Below are positions 6,342 to 10,675 of a DNA stretch of 10,675 nt, piece after piece. The position numbers and the translations under genes were made by a program. The stretch's first letter is position 1. Every line of letters begins with the position of its first letter. This stretch comes from Myxococcales bacterium (lineage in GTDB: Bacteria > Myxococcota > Myxococcia > Myxococcales > Anaeromyxobacteraceae). The notes beneath the pieces were generated by a model, which saw nothing but the letters and a program-made list of their open reading frames with translations, was not told the origin of the DNA and did not search any database. The stretch spans positions 1 to 10,675 of the forward strand of contig JBBQEB010000132.1 of the NCBI GenBank assembly GCA_038320275.1. Reading direction: 5' to 3'.

Positions 6342-7829
6342 TCACCCGATGACGAAGTCCTCCGCCGGCGCAGCCTGGCGCTGGAAGCGGTCGAGCGTGA
6401 AGCGGGTGAAGATCTCGTCGGGTGGATCCCCAGCCATCCACCCCGCCATGAGCTCCGCGACCGCGGGTGCCATCATGAACCCATGGCCCACGAAGCCGGA
6501 GAGCTGGAGGAAGTTCGGCGGGCCAGCCGCGCCGAGGATCGGGTTGTTGTCGGGCGTGACGTCGTAGCAGCCGGCCCACGAGCGCACCACCCGCAGGCCT
6601 GCTGTGGCTGGCGCGCAGAGGGTGATCGCGCGGGCGAAGCGCGCCAGGAAGCGCGGCGTCGACCCGAGCGCGATGCCCTCCGGTTCGCTCGGGTCGCCCA
6701 TGCCACCCACCACCTCGCCGCGCTGGGACTGGGAGAAGTAGAGGCCGCTTCCAAGCACGGACACGAGCGGCCCGAGCCACGGCTTCGTGCCCTCCGTCAC
6801 CAGGATCTCGTGCCGGGTGGGCCGGTTGGGCAGCGCCACGCCGGCCAGCGCGGCGACCTCCTTGGACCAGGCGCCGGCGGCGTTCACCACCGTCTCGCAG
6901 GCGATGCGCCCGCGGTCGGTCACCACCGCGGAGAGCCGCGCGCCCGTCCGCTCGAACCCGGTGACGCGGGTGAAGGTGAGCACCTTTGCGCCGACGGCCT
7001 CGGCCCGCCGCGCGTAGCCCCAGAGGAACGGCCACGGGAACACCACCGCGTCGTCCGGATTCCACGCCGCCACGAGGAAGCGGGAAGGGTCGAGCTGGGG
7101 GACGATGCGGGCCGCCTCGCTAGGGCTCATCAGCCGGGTACGGAGGCCATTCTCGGCGTGGACGCGGAGGTTGCGTTCGAGCCGCGCGGCCTGCTCGGTC
7201 GTGGGGGCGAGGAAGAGGTACCCGCCGCGGCGCATCCAGACGTTGATGCCCATCTCCACGGCGAACTCGGCGCAGAGCGCGAGGGAGCGCTGCCCCAGCC
7301 GGATGAGGGTGGGCGTGCTCCACTGCGCCCGCACGCCCCCGCCGTTCCGGCCCGAGGCGCCTGCGTTGAGGTACGACCGCTCCAGCACCACCACGTCGCG
7401 CACGCCCCGCCGGGTGAGATTCCAGGCGAGCGCGAGGCCCATGATGCCGCCGCCCACGCTGACCACGTCGGCGCGGGCGGGGAGCGGGCTCCCGGGGCGG
7501 GGGCCGCGCTCGCCCCCAGGGAGGGCGGCCACGGGAGCTTCCAGCGCGAGCGGCAGCCCGCCGGGATCGAGCGCCGCCAGCCTTCCCAGCGAGACCGGGT
7601 CCACCGGGAGGCGGGGCGTGAAGGGCTCCACCTCGGCTGGCGTCGCCCCGAGCCGGAGCAGCTCTCCCGCCACGAGAGCCAGGCAGGACTTGCCCTGGCA
7701 GGGGCCCGTTCCGAAGCCGGTGTAGCGCTTCACCGACTCGAGATCGCGGTAGCCCTCGGCGAAGGCGCGCCGTACCTCGGCCAGGGTCACGTCCTCGCAG
7801 GTGCAGACGAGTGTCTTGGCACTAGGCAC
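6342..7829 (-). CDS. FAD-dependent oxidoreductase (DAO/SoxB family, proline dehydrogenase beta-like) with N-terminal BFD-like [2Fe-2S] domain, 495 aa
   Basis: N-terminal CTCEDV...KRYTGFGTGPCQGKSC, then GGGIMG, GASGRNGGGVR, VVNAAGAW, WAGCYDVTPD, GFVGHGFMMAP. GTG start with GGAGG 6 nt upstream, overlapping the upstream stop by 8 nt. Confidence 0.9.
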   Translation of the reverse strand: MPSAKTLVCTCEDVTLAEVRRAFAEGYRDLESVKRYTGFGTGPCQGKSCLALVAGELLRLGATPAEVEPFTPRLPVDPVSLGRLAALDPGGLPLALEAPVAALPGGERGPRPGSPLPARADVVSVGGGIMGLALAWNLTRRGVRDVVVLERSYLNAGASGRNGGGVRAQWSTPTLIRLGQRSLALCAEFAVEMGINVWMRRGGYLFLAPTTEQAARLERNLRVHAENGLRTRLMSPSEAARIVPQLDPSRFLVAAWNPDDAVVFPWPFLWGYARRAEAVGAKVLTFTRVTGFERTGARLSAVVTDRGRIACETVVNAAGAWSKEVAALAGVALPNRPTRHEILVTEGTKPWLGPLVSVLGSGLYFSQSQRGEVVGGMGDPSEPEGIALGSTPRFLARFARAITLCAPATAGLRVVRSWAGCYDVTPDNNPILGAAGPPNFLQLSGFVGHGFMMAPAVAELMAGWMAGDPPDEIFTRFTLDRFQRQAAPAEDFVIG

Positions 7830-9111
7830 CGGCCGCCTCCCCCGCGCGCTCTCCGGAGAGCGCGGCCTCGGCCGCCGTCATCCCGCCCGTCACCTCTCCC
7901 GCCGCGAACAGGCCTGGCACGGCCGTCTCGCCCGTCGGACGGATCGCGAGCGCCCAGCCTCCTGCCCCACCGAGCCACCGCGCAGGCGCGCCCATGGCGC
8001 GGCCGAGCTGGGAGGCGGGCGCGCGTTCCCCGGCCCAGACGACCGTGTCGCAGGCAAGGCGCTCCCCTCCGGCGAGCACCAGCTCGGACACTCTCGAAGC
8101 GCCCCGCACGGCCACGGCGGCCTCCGCGGCTCGCACGTCCATCCCGGCCCGCGCGAGCCGCTGGGCGAGCGCGCTGCCCTCGGGCGAGGTCCCCAGCACG
8201 ATGGCCCGCGCACCAGGGACGAGCCCGTCCTCCGCCAGGGCGTGCGCGAGCCCGCGCTCAGCGAGGATGCCGGGAAGGTCGTTGCGGGGGAACAAGGGCG
8301 GCAGCGCCGAGCTGCCGGTGGCGAGGACGACCCGCCGCGTGCGCACCAGCCGCGGGGGCCGAAGGGGATCCTGCTCCGCGACGAGGAGGACGTGCTCCTC
8401 GCGATCCCGCCAGGCGCCCGCCACGCAGGCCTCCAGCGCGAGCTCGCCGCCCGCGGCGCGCACCCGCCGCTCCACCTCCGGTGCCCACGTCAGCGGCGGG
8501 TCGCCCGGGAGGTCGAAGGCGCAGCGCAGCCTCCCTCCTGCCGCGCGCTCCGCCTCGGCCAGAAGGATGCGGCGCCCTTGCCTCGCCAGCGCAGCTGCGG
8601 CGCCGAGCCCCGCGGGCCCGGCCCCCACCACCACCGCGTCGAAGCGCTCGTCTGCCGGCGAGGGGGGTACCGGCTGCACCTCGGCAGGGAGAGTTCCCGC
8701 GCCGGCGAGCTTGCGCGAGAAGGCGACCGCGGCCCGGTTGGCGAGCCCGTTCCAGGTCATGAGGTGATGGTGATCGAGGCCTCGCGGATAGAGCCGATCG
8801 ATGGCGGCGAGGAGGTCCCGCGAGGCGCCCAGCACGGCGTTCTGGGTCTCGACCTGGAGGCCGGGCCGGCAGGGGACCTGGCAGGTGCGGCGGCTCGGCA
8901 GCCCGTCCACGCGCGCGAGGCAGGCGTGGCAGGATCCGGCGAGGCAGAACGCGCCGCGGGGGCGGTGGTACTTGGCGCTGCGGGCGAGGACCGCCCGCCC
9001 GGCGGCGAGGAGCGCCACCGCCACGCTCTCCCCCGCGCGCGCCGGGATCCGCTCGCCATCGAAGCGGATGGTGCAGTCGGGCGCGAACCGCGGGTCGGGG
9101 AGGCGGGGCAT
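7822..9111 (-). CDS. [2Fe-2S]/pyridine nucleotide-disulphide oxidoreductase-fold protein (SoxA N-terminal / proline dehydrogenase alpha-like), 429 aa
   Basis: GESVAVALLAAG, RSAKYHRPRG, C56-x4-C61-x2-C64...C77, VVGAGPAG, VVLATG, NDLPGI, GLFAAGEV. Start at ATG 9111. No GcvT-like C-terminal domain. Confidence 0.88.
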   Translation of the reverse strand: MPRLPDPRFAPDCTIRFDGERIPARAGESVAVALLAAGRAVLARSAKYHRPRGAFCLAGSCHACLARVDGLPSRRTCQVPCRPGLQVETQNAVLGASRDLLAAIDRLYPRGLDHHHLMTWNGLANRAAVAFSRKLAGAGTLPAEVQPVPPSPADERFDAVVVGAGPAGLGAAAALARQGRRILLAEAERAAGGRLRCAFDLPGDPPLTWAPEVERRVRAAGGELALEACVAGAWRDREEHVLLVAEQDPLRPPRLVRTRRVVLATGSSALPPLFPRNDLPGILAERGLAHALAEDGLVPGARAIVLGTSPEGSALAQRLARAGMDVRAAEAAVAVRGASRVSELVLAGGERLACDTVVWAGERAPASQLGRAMGAPARWLGGAGGWALAIRPTGETAVPGLFAAGEVTGGMTAAEAALSGERAGEAAGA

Positions 9112-9212
9112 GTGCGCGATCGTCGGCGGAACGATAACCGTCCGCGGGCTTCCCGGGCCGCCCAAACGACGCGGCGTGTCCCGCGATCGAGGTGCACCGC
9201 GGGTGCGCAGGG

Positions 9213-9228
9213 CGGCACGCGCGCTGCA
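9213..9228 (+). promoter_or_regulatory. Candidate sigma54 (-24/-12) promoter
   Basis: CGGCACG-CGCG-CTGCA against consensus TGGCACG-N4-TTGCW, with GG-N10-GC spacing exact. Followed by AAGGAGG (9245-9251) and ATG 9261. Confidence 0.6.
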
Positions 9229-9260
9229 CAGGGTGGAGGTGGCCAAGGAGGCCCCTCACC

Positions 9261-10151
9261 ATGCGCCGTGCCGCCGCTCTCGCCCTGCCGCTCTTTCTCC
9301 TCTCCGGCTGTGATCTCCTGCAAGGACTGCAGAACCGGAAGGTCCTCGCCGCCGCGGTCGTCGCCACCCCAGAGGTGGCCCCGACCCAAGTGCCGGGCTA
9401 CGCGCAGGGCTTCCCGCGGGTGCCCGGCCAGGTCACTGCGCAGCTCTACTTCGCCGAGCGGCAGGACGACATCCTGTCCGGCGGCTCCAACCAGGCGGCG
9501 CCGGTGGGCATCGCCGACGCGGTCGTCACCCTCCGCTACAACGACGCTGCCGGCGTGGAGCAGACCCTCGCCATGAAGGCGGGCACCACCGCCGGCCAGT
9601 ACGAGGCTGCCGAGGCGGATGGCCTCGCCTATGTCGCGGGCTCCTCCTACCGCTTCACCGTCGTGAGCGGCGGTGAGACCTACGGCGCCACCGTCGTCGC
9701 GCCGCCCCCGTCCCACATGAAGGAGTTCCCAGCCACCCGCTTCCTGGCCGCGGGCTACGCAGCCTTCACCGAGCAGACGATCACCTTCGACCGCGCAGGC
9801 AGCGACCTCGCGTTCTACGGCGTCTACCGCCTGCACCCCGAGCACCCCGAGGCCTCGCTCGACGACGTGACCTGCTCGAACCTGCCCATCGGCGCTCGCA
9901 CCGACGTCTCACAACTCGTGGACCTCGTCCTCGACTCCTCCCAGTGGCAGAGGAACGCCTACACGCTGCCCAAGCACTCGGCGGTCCCGGAGCTGAATTG
10001 CTTTCCGGAAGCGCCCCCGGCGACCCAGCCGGCCGGCTACGTGGTGGGACTTGGCATCGGTCGGAAGGGCGTCGTGTCCGACAACCTCTTCTCCGGCAGT
10101 ACCGCCTTCGCCGGCAGCTTCGACGCCGGCGCGCTGGTCTTCACCCCTTAG
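9261..10151 (+). CDS. Putative lipoprotein, 296 aa, beta-rich, function unknown
   Basis: Strong SD AAGGAGG. MRR, hydrophobic stretch, canonical lipobox LSG-C. The segment ADAVVTL...GQY...GSSYRFTV...GETY...P is reminiscent of DUF4249-type lipoproteins. Confidence 0.85.
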   Translation: MRRAAALALPLFLLSGCDLLQGLQNRKVLAAAVVATPEVAPTQVPGYAQGFPRVPGQVTAQLYFAERQDDILSGGSNQAAPVGIADAVVTLRYNDAAGVEQTLAMKAGTTAGQYEAAEADGLAYVAGSSYRFTVVSGGETYGATVVAPPPSHMKEFPATRFLAAGYAAFTEQTITFDRAGSDLAFYGVYRLHPEHPEASLDDVTCSNLPIGARTDVSQLVDLVLDSSQWQRNAYTLPKHSAVPELNCFPEAPPATQPAGYVVGLGIGRKGVVSDNLFSGSTAFAGSFDAGALVFTP

Positions 10152-10675
10152 TGCCGCGCGCAGCCGCGAGCGCGGAGCCGGCAGGCGCCCGCGTGAACCG
10201 GCTCTTCCCCGCCGCCCAGAGCGCCAGGGCGGCGGCGAGGAAGCTGCCGCCCGCCGCGCAGACCCCGGGCCAGCGGAAGGCCGTCCAGGCCCAGGTGCCG
10301 ACCACCGTCCCGAGCGCGCCGCCGGCGAAGTAGCCCACCATGTAGATGGTGTTCATCCGGCTGCGCGCCTCCGGCCTCAGCGCATGCACGCGCGCGAGGT
10401 TCGAGACGTGGTTGCCCTGGATGCCGACGTCGAGCAGGAGCACGCCGGCGACGAGGCCCGCGAGGTGGTTGCCAGCGATCGCGAACACCGCCCATCCCAC
10501 CCCCCCGACGGCGAGCGCCACCGCAGAGTTCACCCGCGGGCTGGTGCGGTCGGCGAGCCGGCCCAGCACCGGAGCCGCGAGCGCCCCTCCCGCCCCCAGG
10601 ATGCCGAAGAGCCCGGCCGCGTCGGCGCCCAGGCCGTAGCGCGCCTCCAGGAAGAAGGCGAGCGTGCTCCAGAAC
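10141..10675 (-). CDS. MFS transporter, C-terminal part (5' end outside window)
   Basis: Open frame from 10674: FWSTLAFFL...AGLFGILGAGGALAAPVLGRLADR...LLLDVGIQ...ARSRMNTIYMVGYFAGGALG. Several hydrophobic helices and an MFS motif-A-like GRLADR. Confidence 0.92.
   Translation of the reverse strand, partial: FWSTLAFFLEARYGLGADAAGLFGILGAGGALAAPVLGRLADRTSPRVNSAVALAVGGVGWAVFAIAGNHLAGLVAGVLLLDVGIQGNHVSNLARVHALRPEARSRMNTIYMVGYFAGGALGTVVGTWAWTAFRWPGVCAAGGSFLAAALALWAAGKSRFTRAPAGSALAAARGTKG

Noticed and set aside
6342..9111. Naming the pair soxAB or hcnABC
   Set aside because: No soxD/soxG, no GcvT-like domain, and the subunit layout differs from hcnABC. The substrate is not determinable, so no symbol is given.
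5340..9576. 1140-aa (5340..8762) and 591-aa (7801..9576) plus-strand ORFs
   Set aside because: Antisense shadows of proC and the dehydrogenase genes, low complexity, with no domain motifs.

Overview
Very GC-rich window (roughly 70-75% GC by eye). Gene content and style suggest Myxococcota, Anaeromyxobacter-like (inference). It is mostly housekeeping and metabolic. Left to right: a 148-bp-period multi-hairpin repeat abutting the truD stop (cut by the window edge); truD (-); a 64-aa hypothetical gene (-) behind a strong sigma70-type promoter; a PHP-family protein with degenerate metal ligands (+); a lipoprotein (-); a compact class II B12-dependent ribonucleotide reductase nrdJ (+) with a candidate NrdR box; proC (-); a two-gene flavoprotein/Fe-S amino-acid dehydrogenase (-) resembling dye-linked proline dehydrogenase, with the BFD-like Cys domain on the beta subunit; a lipoprotein (+) with a candidate sigma54 promoter; and the 3' part of an MFS transporter (-). 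I see no transposase, integrase, phage gene, defence gene, CRISPR array or structural RNA gene. The best leads are the hairpin repeat, the dehydrogenase-proC cluster and the degenerate PHP protein. None can be called novel without database searches.
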